A stretch of DNA of 64,000 nucleotides from the human T2T-CHM13v2.0 reference genome, Homo sapiens. The notes beneath the pieces were generated by a model, which searched no databases, had not been told where the DNA came from, and saw only the letters and a program-made list of their open reading frames with translations. The translations under genes were made by a program, and so were the position numbers. The stretch lies in the NCBI RefSeq assembly GCF_009914755.1, contig NC_060933.1; one strand, given 5' to 3'. Numbering within the stretch: the first letter of the stretch is position 1; every line of letters begins with the position of its first letter. Positions 1-13,245 of the stretch are shown piece after piece.

Positions 1-1500
1 TATTATTTACTAGTTTTAAAATCTGTGCTGCAGTGTTATTTAGGTATCTTTTTTATTTTTAAAGCTCTCCATATGTGATTTTTTCCTTCTCTCCCAAAAC
101 CATCTTTTGCTTTTGTTGTTCCTATTCATACTTTTAATTTTTTCCTTTACTTATGTTCTTCATAAGAAAATGTTATGCAGATTTTATGCATCTACTGGGA
201 TGATAATGTCATTTTCTTAATTTTTCGGTTTATTGAAAACATTAATGTACGCTATAATGAAAAACAATTCGTAGATTATTGAAGTAAGCCATATTTGGTT
301 ATCAGTAATTTTTTAAAACATTTCTGAATTGTTGGTATATGACAGACATTCAAAAATAAGATTAATCAATATTTGCTTTGCATTGTCTCATTTTTTTAAT
401 TTTGAATTTTTATGGATACATAAACTTTTATAGTTGTACATATTTATGGGGTACATGTGATATTGTATAATAATGAAATGTGGAATGATAAAATCAAGGT
501 GATTGGGATATTTATCACTGCATGCATTTGTCATTTCTTTGTGTTAGGAACATTCCAGTTTAATTCTTTCAGTGATTTTGAAATATATATCAAATTATCA
601 TTAACTATAGTCACCCTATTCTGCTACCAAAAACTAGGTCTTATTCTTTCAGTCTAACTGTATTATCTCATTTGGTTATAAAATCAGGGCAACATTAGCC
701 TCAGATTAATTTTGGCACCTTCCCCTTCTCTATAGTGTGGAGAACATTTGGTTTAACAAATACATTATCTGTAACTTGATGGTTTGGTAAAACTTAAATC
801 CATGATGGTGGAGCAGGTGCTTTTTATGTGGGTAGATTTTGGACTTTTCTTTAAAATACTTTAATCATTATAGGCTTATTTATATTTTTAATTGCTTCTT
901 GAGGTAAAATTTTACATAAATTATCTATTATATCTGATGTCAAATTTATTAGAAAACAGTTTAAATACTATTGTCATATAATATTTACTATATTCCTAGT
1001 TAGGTTCTCTTTTTCTTTCTCTTCAATTGTGGCATCCCTACTTGTACTTAATTGGTCTTGCTTAAGTTTTGTCTCCTTCATTCGACTTTTAAAAAATATT
1101 CCCTAATATTTCTTTATTTTTTGTTTCATTAGTTTCTGCTATTAACTTTATAGTTTTCTACCTTCTTTTTCCTTGGTGGTTTATCCATTGTTATTTTTCT
1201 AACTTTCCAAGTGAATAACTCACTTATTTCTAGTATTTGTTTGTAATATTGGAATTGTGGGCTGTTGATTTTCCTTGACTAGATATTTTACTTGCATCTT
1301 CAAGTTATAATATATATTGATTTTCTTGTTATTTTAGTCTAGATATTGTTTCCATTATGATTTCTTTTCTGATTACTTAAGTGTGTGTATGCTTCTGTGC
1401 ATACATGTGTGTGTGTTTTTTCCAATGTAATCCTTATTTTTTCCTGTAATTTTTAAATTTGTATTTTATTGCACTGAGGTAAAAAATATTCTGTATATCA
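1..1500 (-). mobile_element. Ancient L1M ORF2-region relic (highly diverged), interrupted by an L1MA 3' fragment
   Basis: T-rich decayed antisense-L1 phrases (taagccatatttggttatc, ggtttggtaaaact, ttttgtttcattagtttctgct). Boundaries approximate. Confidence 0.5.
394..661 (-). mobile_element. L1MA-type 3' end fragment with TSD
   Basis: gttgtacatatttatggggtacatgtga...atcaaggtgattgggata...taactatagtcaccct is an L1MA 3'UTR in antisense. Flanks att(g/a)tctcattt at 382-393 and 662-673. Confidence 0.75.
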
Positions 1501-2996
1501 GCTCCCAAATTCTCATTTTAACTTTTGGTTTACATTTTATGTGATGATTTTCTTTATTTTAGGGTTAGCTTTGTATTAACAATTAATTGTATAATTTTTA
1601 TAGAATATGTTAAGGGAGTGAGTGTATTTGCCACTTCAGCTTGTAGTGTCTCAATAACCCCAATATTTTGTCAAAGAAAACCAAATAGTCTTTTCTACTT
1701 GTTACAGAGCTAAAGTTGGAAGTGGAGAATTTTCTGATATGGTTGATTGCTTACTACATTTCAAATGCTTTACATATGTTGCCTCGTTAATTAATACTCT
1801 ACATATGTTACCTTTATCTATTAGGTAGATATTACCATTTTTGAGAATAAAAAAGTTGTTCCATGGTCACTTAATTAGGAGACCCAATAGTTAAGGTGTG
1901 ATCTTCTAATTTTGCAATTACTCCAACTTGGTCCCTTGATTCCTAGCCCATCACTATGGACTTTCTTTGTGGATTTCTAAACAATTCAAAACACGTAGAA
2001 ATGCAAATATGACTTAGAAAAGACCAAAATAATGAGATAGTTGCATGGGTGGAAAACTATTTTTACTAATGAGTCAATAAGAATGGAGGAATAATTCTCA
2101 AAGAATAAGATTGAGACTTGAGAGAATAGAGATGTTACAAAATAGTGAAAAATAAGCCTATATTGTAACATATTTTTAAATTAACATTTTAGGATTAAAT
2201 ACAATTGGTAAAATTTCAAAGCAATAATTACAATTCCTGAAAAATAATTGCTTGCATTGTAACTGTACTGTCTGCAGCAATGGAGAAGAGGATGTGGGTC
2301 AATAGAGCAGTATATTAAGATAATTTTACTTTACTCTAAATTTTCACTGTGTTATTGTACTGATTTTATATATTAGAAAACAATTAGAAAGAATTTTTTA
2401 GATGTAGCTAACACTGGATAAAATGCTACATACGGGAAGTTAATTTGAGCATTCTTGTGTCCCTTTGTCCTAGTCTTCTCTGATCTGATGAGCAAACTGT
2501 TTCTTTCTCTATGTCTATATTTTAAAGATGGTTCTTACAACTTTAATACAAAGTGAGATTTGTATCTAATCAGCTTCAGCATTGAGCAAGCCTATACTCA
2601 CAGAAAACTGATTTTTTTTACATTCTTTTTTTATCTTCTATCCTTTTTCTTGTTCAGAGATTCATATATTGTTCAAGAATTTGTTTCTTGTTCTATACCC
2701 AGCTATGACTCAATAAAGGAAAATGCTGCTCATGGTCAATTTCTGTCTGTATGATAATGTGGTATCATACTGTGATGTTGTCAGTAGGTACTGTGATGCA
2801 GTCAACAGCCACAGTGATGTGTTCTGTAAGTGATGTCTGAGCTATAAAGACTTCAAGTCTCTTATGTGAGCACCTGAGATGGTTGCCCCAAAATCTGATG
2901 CACTCAACTAAGCTAAGAAATCTGTAGTTACTGAGGTTCCCCTACCTATGGCTGCCTATGGTTAGGTCTTACTGGCTGTATTTTATTGCATCGTAG

Positions 2997-3335
<339 letters not shown>

Positions 3336-3419
3336 TTATTGACAGGACTATACTTTTAGTTCAGTAGCACAGCTCCTTTTTTTTTTTTTTTTTTTTTTTT
3401 TGCATTTTTTGCTTCCCTT

Positions 3420-3640
3420 TCATGAAATACTCTCAATAATCCATCAGGGTATGTTAAAAACCTGTACTTTTAGATCTTCTAAGTTTCTGACCACTATATA
3501 TCATTGCCTACTTGACAATTTCACATGGATATTGGGAAGACATCTCAAATTCAACATGTCTAAATCTGAGCATTAATCTATCTCAAGCCAGAGGCATACA
3601 AGTTGTTTGCTTATTTCTCTCCATTACCCAGCATCTACTT
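3420..3640 (+). mobile_element. L2 fragment
   Basis: ttgcctacttgacaatttcacatggatat...catctcaaattcaacatgtctaaa matches the L2 core. Confidence 0.6.
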
Positions 3641-3774
3641 TCCTTATAAGAAAAGATTACAAAGACAAGGGCTACATCAGAATTGTTTGGTATTGCATCC
3701 AAGCAATACCAAAATTTACAATTGTTATGCAATTTTTCTGGCTCATGGTTAGATGTACTTAAAACTAATTACTA

Positions 3775-3960
3775 ATAAACTGGACACTAAAGTCAGAAAA
3801 TCTTGGGTTAAATTCTCGCTCTGTGATTTACCAGCTGTCTTAATGAACATTTCCTACTCATTTCCTGGTCCCTAATATGATTCAATATATTACCTACCTT
3901 CTGGGGTTGTAGTAGTTATTAAATTAGATAGTCATTAAATTAGTATTGACCATTAAATGA
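3775..3960 (+). mobile_element. MIR fragment
   Basis: agtcagaaaatcttgggttaaattctcgctctgtgatttaccagctgt resembles the MIR core. Confidence 0.55.
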
Positions 3961-5589
3961 AAAGCTCACAAAACTTTGAGGGGCTCTGCTATATGTAGTA
4001 TGTGTTTTACATTTCCACAGTTGAATTCTCTGAACAATTTAGAAAATCTTAAACTCCCATTGGTCTTTCAGTGAAATTGTAATAAATTAATGTTATTATT
4101 ATTTTTTATCACTTTAAAAGATAGATATTTATGCATGCATTTTCATAGAAAGTTGGTTATAAATAAATGTGTTCCTTGGAAGTATTTAGCTTGAAGCTGG
4201 TCTTTCATCTTATAGAGTTATACTTCCTCATTGGAAAATAAACATTGTGTGTGTGTTTTTTTGCTATTAGTGTAAAATAATATGGATTTTTCATGTGAGA
4301 GTACAATATTTGTTAATATGCTATAATGAAAATATAAAAGACATGAGGAAAGCATTTATTGTAAGTCAGAAATTCTGTTTCACAGGTCATGAATTCAAAT
4401 AGAAGATGATTTTAAAAATTACTCAACCACATTTAAATTGTGCCCAATCATACATCATATTTTAGAATGATATTAAGCTAATTTCCCTGCAATTGTAATT
4501 TATTAATATGTATTTCTTTTCATTTTATTCTCCAGGAAATGTCTGAAGTAAATGGAAATGAAACTAGATAGTTAACATATAACTTGAGTTCTAGAACAAA
4601 AGATGTAATATATATTATATGTCTCTACCTAACATACTGGCTACCTGATCATATTCTATGCTAGTCTGCCCATTTTGAAAACTGAGAAAATTTGAAATAT
4701 TTTAAGGGGATTTTACTGTAGTTGGAGGCTAAATTCAGAGTATTTAAAAATATATGTTAGAAATCTTCCTCATTAAAGCCTGCTTTTATTTAAGTGTATG
4801 GATAGAGTCTTTCCAAACTATTTGTAAATCCTATTGTAAGAATATTGAAAAAAATGAGCTGCAATCAGATCTTAGAAGTGGAATTAAACTCTGAATAGCT
4901 AATCTAGTTAAACACAAAATCTATGAATAAGATGAACCATATGCCAATATTTTCAGATCCATGGAACATTCAACAAATGGTTGGGTGAATGGGTTTAAGA
5001 AACATACTGTGTATATGTGTTGAAAATTCTTTTCCTGAGATCCAAAATAATGAGTGCAAGAAAGAGATAATCAGTGGATAGAAAATGTTTACAACATTTG
5101 CTAAATATAGAAAGTGATAATTGATAAGTCAGGGTAGAGAAAACCACGGTCTAAAGTTCTAATAAAGATGATTGCAACCACAAGGATTCTGTTTTCTTCA
5201 ATGAATTCAAAACAAGCTCCAGATAAAATAGAGAATGAAAAATAAATCATGAGATGAAAACGGAAAGATTAATTTCATTTCCCTATAAGCAGAGTTATTA
5301 CCACCCTTCATTAGAGTAGAATTACCTAAATCCAGAAAATTTAATCACAGGTGATCAGTCATCACCTAGAGGATGGTGGAGAGTGAGGAATCCAATTAGA
5401 TATTGAGGAGGGTGATCAGGTATTGAGACTGGGAGGTTCCTGTTAAGCTGACATAGCAGGGTTCCTTGCTAAAACTAGATTTTACAGGAACATGCATAAA
5501 TAGGCCTAGGAAAAGGTGGATAGACTGACTAAAGTTTAGTCAATTTCAATTGCAATTATTAAAGTTTTGAATCTAGCTATTAAAGACCC

Positions 5590-7280
5590 CATATCTTTAA
5601 TAATTGAAATTGAAAACATACAACAGTTTTTTTCACTGTAGAACATATTCAGTTGAAGAAAAGATTAGTGATTTGGAATACTGATTAGTATATTAAAATA
5701 TATGTATTATCATCAAAAATGAGGAAAAGAGTGATGGAAAATAAAGAAAAATTCTAGGAACCATATGGCTTTCAGTGAAAAATTTAACACATTTGTGTTT
5801 ATAGAGTCCCACTAAGATGGGGGGGGGGTATAGAGAAAGAGAGAGAGAGAGAAGAATCACAGAATAGAAGCAATATTTTTGAATGCAAAATAGCTGATAA
5901 CATTTCCAAACTGATGAAAGGGAAGTAATGCTAATCACTGAAAGTAAAGTGAATACAAAGAAAAATACATATTGGTATACCATAATAAACCTTCTCAAAA
6001 TAAAAATTTGAAAAATAAAGGACTTCTAAAGCATTCAAATTACAACTGGGGCATTAGCTTCAAAGGGAAAGTGAAACTGATAACTGATTTCTCACTAGTG
6101 CAGTGGAAACTGAATGGAAATGCAGTGACATCTTTAAAATGGTGAAAGAGCCCAACTGCCAGTGACCTATAACCAGAAAACAAAACAAAACAAAAACAAA
6201 AACAAATAAACTAATAAATATAAACAAAATAGAAATAATTCTAAATAATAAGAATTAAAAGGATTTATAGCCAGCAGAACTACCCCAAAAGACACACTGT
6301 ATGTAAATAAAATATGATCCTCAATGGAAGCACAAAAAGGAAAGAAAGAATGAAGGGTGTGGAAAGGGTGAATTTGTTGGTAAATCAAAATATATATTGA
6401 CTATAAAACAGTGATTACAATTTATTTTGAAATTTAAACAAATGTAAAATAAAATAGACAATAACTATAACATAAAAGGCAGAAGGGGCCAAATTGAAAT
6501 AACATCTTCGAAATTTCTTGCTTTCTCAAGGAAGTGGTAATAGTACTCATGTATAAACAATAAAATGTACTCAAAGATCTATGTTGAAACCTCTAGGGCA
6601 AATACAAAAGAATAGTAGAAGAGTTTATAACCTACAAGCTGATAGAAGGAAGGATAAATTGGTTAAAATATGGAATTTTTTAAAAAAAGGGCTGGGCACA
6701 GTAGCTCAGATCTGCAATCTCAGCACTTTGGGAGACTGAGGCAGGGGGATCACAAGAGGCCAGGAGTTCAAGACCAGCCTGGCCAACGGGGCCAAATCTC
6801 CTCTCTACTAAAAATACAAAAATTAGCCAGTCATGGTGGTGGGCACCTGTAGTCCCAGCTACCTACCCAGGAAGCTTAGACAGGAGAATCTCTTGAACTG
6901 AGGAGGCAAAGGTTGCAGTGAGCAGAGATCACGCCACTGCACTACAGCCTGAATGACAGAGCAAGACTCCATCCCCTGCAAAAAGTAATTAATAGATAGG
7001 AAGAGAAAATAAGAGAGGAAAAGGTAAGAGGAAAGATGGAACAAAGAGTAAACAAAAAGTAAGATGGCAGGTAAAATTCCCAGTACTTCAGTAATATCTC
7101 TATCAGTAACTTGAATATATATTCATTAAAAAATTAAGACTACGTGGCTTATACTTGTGTTGCTCATATCATACACAATTTGTATGTAATAACACAGGAA
7201 GTGTGAAAATGGAAGTATGAAGAGAGATATACGCAAATGCTATACAAAAAAAGGGATAACTGTATGGATCTCAGACAGAG
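5590..7280 (+). mobile_element. Old L1M ORF1/inter-ORF relic, host of an Alu
   Basis: A-rich sense-L1 phrases (gaagaaaagattagtgatttggaa, aactgatttctcactag, aaacctctagggcaaatac). Confidence 0.6.
6690..6985 (+). mobile_element. Alu (diverged AluS/J), short tail
   Basis: ggctgggcacagtagctca...caggagttcaagaccagcctggccaac...gcaagactccatc. Confidence 0.95.
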
Positions 7281-9340
7281 GTGAAGAGGGCTTCAAAAGA
7301 GAGTGATGAATACCCTGGCCCTTGACTTCTTTGTCTTTCTTCTTCCCTCAGTTATTTGAAAGTAGATGAGATGAACATCACCTATTTGTTTCTCCTGTAT
7401 CATATTCTCCACTGTCAGGGTAGCCAATATCATGATCATGGTCTCTTTATTGGAAAAGGGTCTCTATGATCTTAGTCTTCCAGTACTTTTTTTTTACATA
7501 CACAGGTATACATGAAATTTAGGAAATTCTATCTCCCTGACACTATCCTCTGAGTGTTGTTTTATTTTGTATGTCAGAATATTTTTACTACCGTATTTAT
7601 TTTTCTCTCTTTGAATTTCTGCTGTACCAACTCTTATCTCTCATCACAAGAAAAATATGTGCCTTTTTTCTGATTAGAAGGAGGATTATAAACATCAAAA
7701 TGATTAGGAGAAAAGTGCAATGATATGCTTAATACTATAACAGTTTATAATCTTTTTATGTTGTATGTAGGATATTGATACTTAATATTATTTCATTTAA
7801 TATTCACACATTCATGAATATTCTGAAGTCTTATTAAAGCAAAAATTTATACTTCCTTGAAGAAAAAAATTATGTAATTGTATCATTTCTCTCATACTCG
7901 CAGATACCAAATAAAACATAGACTTAACTTTCAGTTCAGCCTCAGCAGAGGTTTGGAGAAGCCAATTTGACTACTTTTGACATATGGTCAAACCATTTTG
8001 TCACTACAGCTCTGGAAACTGAGAAAATTTCAATTCATCACATTCGTGTCAGAAGGAAATCCATTCTGAAAATTAAGTTGGTCTCTCATCTTTTTATACA
8101 TTCTCATACTTCACCTCATGCCCTCACATGAACCATTAACTTTAAATGAGGTTGGGTGAAAGGACTCATGACCTGAAACTAGACCCAGGCAAGCCATGCA
8201 GTTGAGTGTAAAGAGATAGTTCCACTATTAAGTGGTATCCTGCAGTGAACATCATTTGCTATACTCCTTGTGTAACTGACCATTCCTATTGTGTGACCTT
8301 GGGTAAGACTGCAAATCTGCCTAGGCCAAAATTGATATATAAAAATTTGGCATTATTATAATACTAACATTTTTGGAGCAAAGGATAAAATAGCTAATGT
8401 TTATAAAAGCCTTTCCTAAAATTTCAAGGATATATTTATTATTTTTGATGTGGTTATTTATGTGAAAAATAATAAATAAATTGCGCTTTTATTTTACATT
8501 CTTATAACAATCTTCTACTTCCTGATTTCTTTCTTCCTCAGATACTGTCATTTCCTTATGTTTTCAAAAACAAACTTAAACTGCTAATCCAACCATCCCT
8601 CAGATCATTTAAATTATCCATACAACCTAAGCACTGTACAGAGAGAAAAATTAACATGAAGGCATATGCCTAATACCTCCTTGCTTTCTCTGTTCAGTGC
8701 TAATTGTGTGTTATACACAATGCGAGATATTTTATGTGCATTTTCTTATTTAACCCTTGCAGTAACTTGTGGAGTTAAGCATACAATCTCCATTTATAGA
8801 AGTGAAGTAAAATTATGGCTCGAATAGTTTAAAGAATGGCCAAGGTCATTCAATTAATAACTGCCAGAGCAAAACATTTCCTATAGGTCTGGTGACTAAG
8901 ATCTGGCATGTGGGATGTCAACAAAAGTGTCATGTGTACTTCAGTATTGCTGACTTGAAATGAAAGGCTGTTCCCTACTTCTGATCTTTACTCCAGCTGG
9001 CTAGAATGTGGACATTATGACTACAACTTAAATAATGATCATATTCATGATGTTCATGTTAAATTAAACTTGGTGGTGTAACCCTGGTGGTTATTGAAAT
9101 CACCTTACCGTTCTTGAAATACTTACTGGACTTTTTATGAAGGAGAATGAAAAATCTGTTTTAGATGGCCTCTGTTTTATTTAGGCTATTTCTTTCTGTG
9201 ATTTTCAATCACATTTAACTGAATCCAAACGGTAGACAAGACATTCCATTTCATCAAACTATTGATTTCAAACAATTAGTTCTCCTAATTTTTGTTTACA
9301 GAAATTCTAGATATTAACTCTATTTCAGGATACTATAGAC

Positions 9341-9558
9341 CAGGGATGTCCAATCTTTTGGCTTCCCTGAGCCACATTGGAGGAAGAAGAATTGTCTTGG
9401 GCCACACATAAAACACTAATACTAATGATAGCTGATGAGCTAAAAATTCACAAAAAAATCTTACAATATTTTAAGAAAGCTTAAAAATCCATGTTGGGCC
9501 ACATTCAAAGCCATCCAGGGCTGCATGAGGCCCATGGGCAGCAGGTTAGTCAAGCTTG
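9341..9558 (+). mobile_element. MER30 (hAT-Charlie non-autonomous DNA transposon), complete
   Basis: Runs from cagggatgtccaatcttttggcttccctg to ggttagtcaagcttg. 8-bp hAT TSD (c/t)tatagac at 9333-9340 and 9559-9566. Confidence 0.9.
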
Positions 9559-9899
9559 TTATAGACTGAGACTGTAACATCTAGTAAATACACTGTTAGA
9601 ATCAAATTCCATTTCAACATATCATCACATATAACATTTTGAGCTGAAGTACAATTAAGTCTAAGCCTTTCTATTCTCTCTTTTGTTGTATTAAAGAAGA
9701 TGGAAATCATTAGTGTTGATATAAAACATGCCAAGATTTTATGCTTTTTTTCCTCATTTTTATAATCCATTTAATCTGCAAAAATCAAGTCTGACAATAT
9801 TAAGCGGTTAAAAAAATATGAATCAAGAAATTTCTTATATATTACTAGTGGGCATATAAAAAGACACACTACTTTGAAAGATAATGTGACATTTTAAAA

Positions 9900-12040
9900 A
9901 ATTCCGTTTTTACTTTAGCATCACTGGGTCTATGTGCAGGTTTGTTACAAGGGTATATTGCATGGTGCTGAGGAGGTTGGGCTTCTATTGGTCCTGCCAC
10001 TCAAATTGTGAACATAGGACCCAATAGAAAGGTTTTCACCCTTCCTCAGCTCCCTTCCTTGTTTTGAAGTCCCCAGTGTCTATTGTTTCCATCTTTATGT
10101 ACATGTGAACCCAAGATTTATCTCACTTTTAAGTGAGAAGATGTGGTATTTGGTTTTCTGTTTCTGTGTTAGTTTGCTTAGGATAACGGCCTCTAGCTGC
10201 GTCGATGTTTCTGCAAGGAACAATACTTTTATTCTCTTTTATGATCGCATAGTATTTCATGGTGTATATGTACCACATTTTCTTTATCCAATCCACCATT
10301 TATGGGCATCTAGGTTGATTCCATGTCTTTGCTATTGTGAATAGTGCTGCAATGAACATATGCATGCATGTGTCTTTGTGGTAGAATTATTTATATTCCT
10401 TTGAGTTATACCCTGAAATGGGATTGCTGGGTCCAATGGTAGTTCTGTTTTTAGGTCTTTGAGAAATTGCCACGTGTTTTTCCACAATGGATGAAATAAT
10501 TTACACTATCACCAACACTAACACCAAAAATAAGCATTTTTTTTTCTCTGCAGTCTCACCAGCACCTGTTATTTTTTGACTTTTTTTTTTTTTTTTTTTT
10601 TTTTTTGGGACAGGGTCTCACTTCTATTGCTGAGGCTGCAGTACAGTGGCATGATCCCGGCTCACTGCAGCTTCAACTTCCTCAGCTGAGGTGATGGTCT
10701 CATCTCAGCCTCCTGAGTAGCAGGGACTACAGGTATGCCACCATGCCCAGCTAGTATTTTGTATTGTTTTAATAGAGATGGGGTTTTGCTATATTGCCCA
10801 GGCTCGTGATGAACTCCTGGGCTCAAGTGATTCACTTGCCTCAGCCTCCCAAAGTTTTAGGATTACAGGCAGGAGTCATCACACCTGAGGTTTTGACTTT
10901 TTATTAATAGCCACTCTGGCTAGTGTGAGATGGCATATCATTGTGTTTTTGATTGTATCTCTCTGATAATTAGTGATATTGAAAAATTTTTGATATTTTT
11001 GTTGGCTGCTTATATGTATTCTTTGGGGATATGTCTGCTCATGTCCTCTGCCTACTTGTTAATGGAATTGTTTGTTCATTTCTTGTTTCATTGAAATTCC
11101 TTATAGATTCTGGATACTAGTCCTGTTTTGGATGTGCAGTTCGCAAATATTTTCTCCCATAATGTAGGTTGTCTGTTTGTTCTGTTGAATTTCCTTTGCT
11201 GTGTAGTAGCTTGTTAGTTTCATTAGTCCCATTTCTATACACCAACAATGTTCAAGCTGATAATCAAATCAATAACACATTCTCATTCACAGTAGCCACA
11301 AAAAGATAAAATACCTAGGAATATACCTAACCAAGGAGGTAAAAGATCTGTACAAGGAAAACTACAAAGCACAGCTGAAAGAAATCATAGATGACACAAA
11401 CAAATGGAAAAGCATTCCAAGCTCATGGGTTGAAAGAATCAATATCGTTAAAATGTCTGTATTGCCTAAAGCAATCTACAGATTCAATTCTATTCCTATC
11501 AAACTACCAATGTCATTTTCATAGAAACACAAAAAACTATTCCAAAATTCATATGGGATTAAAAAAAAAGAGCCCAAGTAGCCAAAGCGATCCTAAGCAA
11601 AAAGAACAAGGCCAGAGGCATCACATTATCTGGCTTCAAATGATACTACAAGGCTACAGTAACCTATCAGCATCCTATTGGTACAAAAACAGACACACGA
11701 ATTAATGGAACACTATAGAGATCTCTGAAATAAAACTGCACACCTACAACCAACTCATCTTTGACAAAGTAAACAAAAATAAACAATGAGGAAAGAACAC
11801 CATATTCAGTAAATAGTGTTCGGAAAACTGGCCAGCCATATGCAGAAGAATGAAAAGAATGAAACTGGATCCCTACCTTTCACCATGTACAAAAATGTAC
11901 TCAAGATGGATTAATGACATCCATGTAAAACCTCAAACTATAAAAATTATAGGAGAAAACCTAGGAAATACTTTTCTAGACATTGGCCTAGGCAAAGAAT
12001 TTATGATGAAGACCCCAAAAGCAACTGCAAAACAATAAAA
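9900..12040 (-). mobile_element. L1PB-like element with 5' inversion (minus 9900-11235; inverted plus-strand ORF2 segment 11231-12040)
   Basis: L1PB 3'UTR in antisense (gggtatattgcatggtgctgagg). Plus-strand ORF2 peptides ([19 protein letters not shown]) end where the minus segment begins. Confidence 0.85.
10581..10890 (-). mobile_element. AluJ nested in L1PB
   Basis: Poly-T, gacagggtctcac, ctcctgggctcaagtga (AluJ diagnostics). TSD ttttgacttttt on both sides. Confidence 0.92.
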
Positions 12041-12419
12041 AAGTATGCTTTATTATCTTTCAGAATGCTTCATTGATTCTCATTCCACTATGCTGGTATG
12101 TAAAGAGCAGAGCAATAGATGTTGTAAGAGTTTTAAGGAAAATTATATAGGCTACTGAGGTTACGTGAGTTGGAATTAAGCCAGAGCAGAAGCAATAACA
12201 TGTGGGCAAATATCCAAAACAACAGAAGAACTCCCTCAAAGGAAGAAGCTCATCCTTTGAAATGTAACTTGAGAGGTGCTGTCAGACACTGCAGTTCTTT
12301 GAAGATTATTAAGACAAGCTCTGTTGTTTATCCATGTTCATAAGAATTGTTATTCAATTTTTTTAGGTAGAAATATGCGTTGCTGAAACTATAATTGGAG
12401 ACTTAATATAATAGAAAGA

Positions 12420-12590
12420 ATATTAGTTTGAGACCAGATTGACTTGAGTTTGAAAGTCAGTTTTCCTAATTGTTAACTGCATCAAAAATATAACTGCAAA
12501 ACAGGATCATAATGATCTCTCAGATTTGCTATGAGCATTGATTGAAATATTTTAGTCATAAGTATGTAACGTATGGTTTGTATTTAAGAA
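12420..12590 (+). mobile_element. MIR fragment
   Basis: ttgagaccagattgacttgagtttgaa...tgcaaaacaggatcataatgatctc. Confidence 0.45.
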
Positions 12591-12659
12591 ACAGTAGTGG
12601 TCTAAATATATCAATTCTTTTATGGAAGTCCCTAAATCCTTAGAGCACACAAAGGTAGT

Positions 12660-13160
12660 TGTTTTGGTTTAGGTCGCCTCACAATCAGAGTTTGAAATCA
12701 GCGTTTGCCTGTAAATTATTTGGAACACAGTCCAAGGAAGGGGAAGTGAGGGAATGGGGAAAGTGAGACAAGAAATGGAGAAAAGACTATTTATGATAAT
12801 GAGCTAACTACTACTGTGAACACTGGGACTCAGCACCTCTGGGGACCCACTGAGAAATCAAATAGAATATGCATCCAAATGAACCGAATCAAAAATAGGG
12901 AGGATCAGAATCTATCTGCTGAGTCTCATTCCTCATTGGTTGCTGCTTGCTCTTGAAGGCACTAATTCTTCCACATTCTGAGCCATAACTACATAATGGC
13001 TGAGTGGCTTTTTATGACTTTGGAGAAAGTTTCAAGGCAGATAAGCAGAGAGATACTGTGAGGCGTTCCTGAAGTGAGATCATGGTCCTGTGTGCGGGAT
13101 TCCTCATCACAGCTGCACTGAAATCTAATGAGCCAAGGGTATGTGGCCAAGGCATCTCAA
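12660..13160. mobile_element. Old ERVL-class LTR (LTR33/LTR41-like)
   Basis: Decayed LTR phrases (gtaaattatttggaacac, actgggactcagcacctctggggacc, agggtatgtggccaaggcatc). Subfamily uncertain. Confidence 0.45.
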
Positions 13161-13166
13161 GAGTCT

Positions 13167-13170
<4 letters not shown>

Positions 13171-13244
<74 letters not shown>
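13171..13244. repeat. Compound microsatellite (TG)23(TCTG)7
   Basis: Read directly. Confidence 0.97.

Positions 13245-13245
<1 letters not shown>

Noticed and set aside
5330-5545. Possible LTR fragments (also 8930-9200 and 52740-53150)
   Set aside because: Probably old LTR relics, but I cannot assign family or boundaries reliably.
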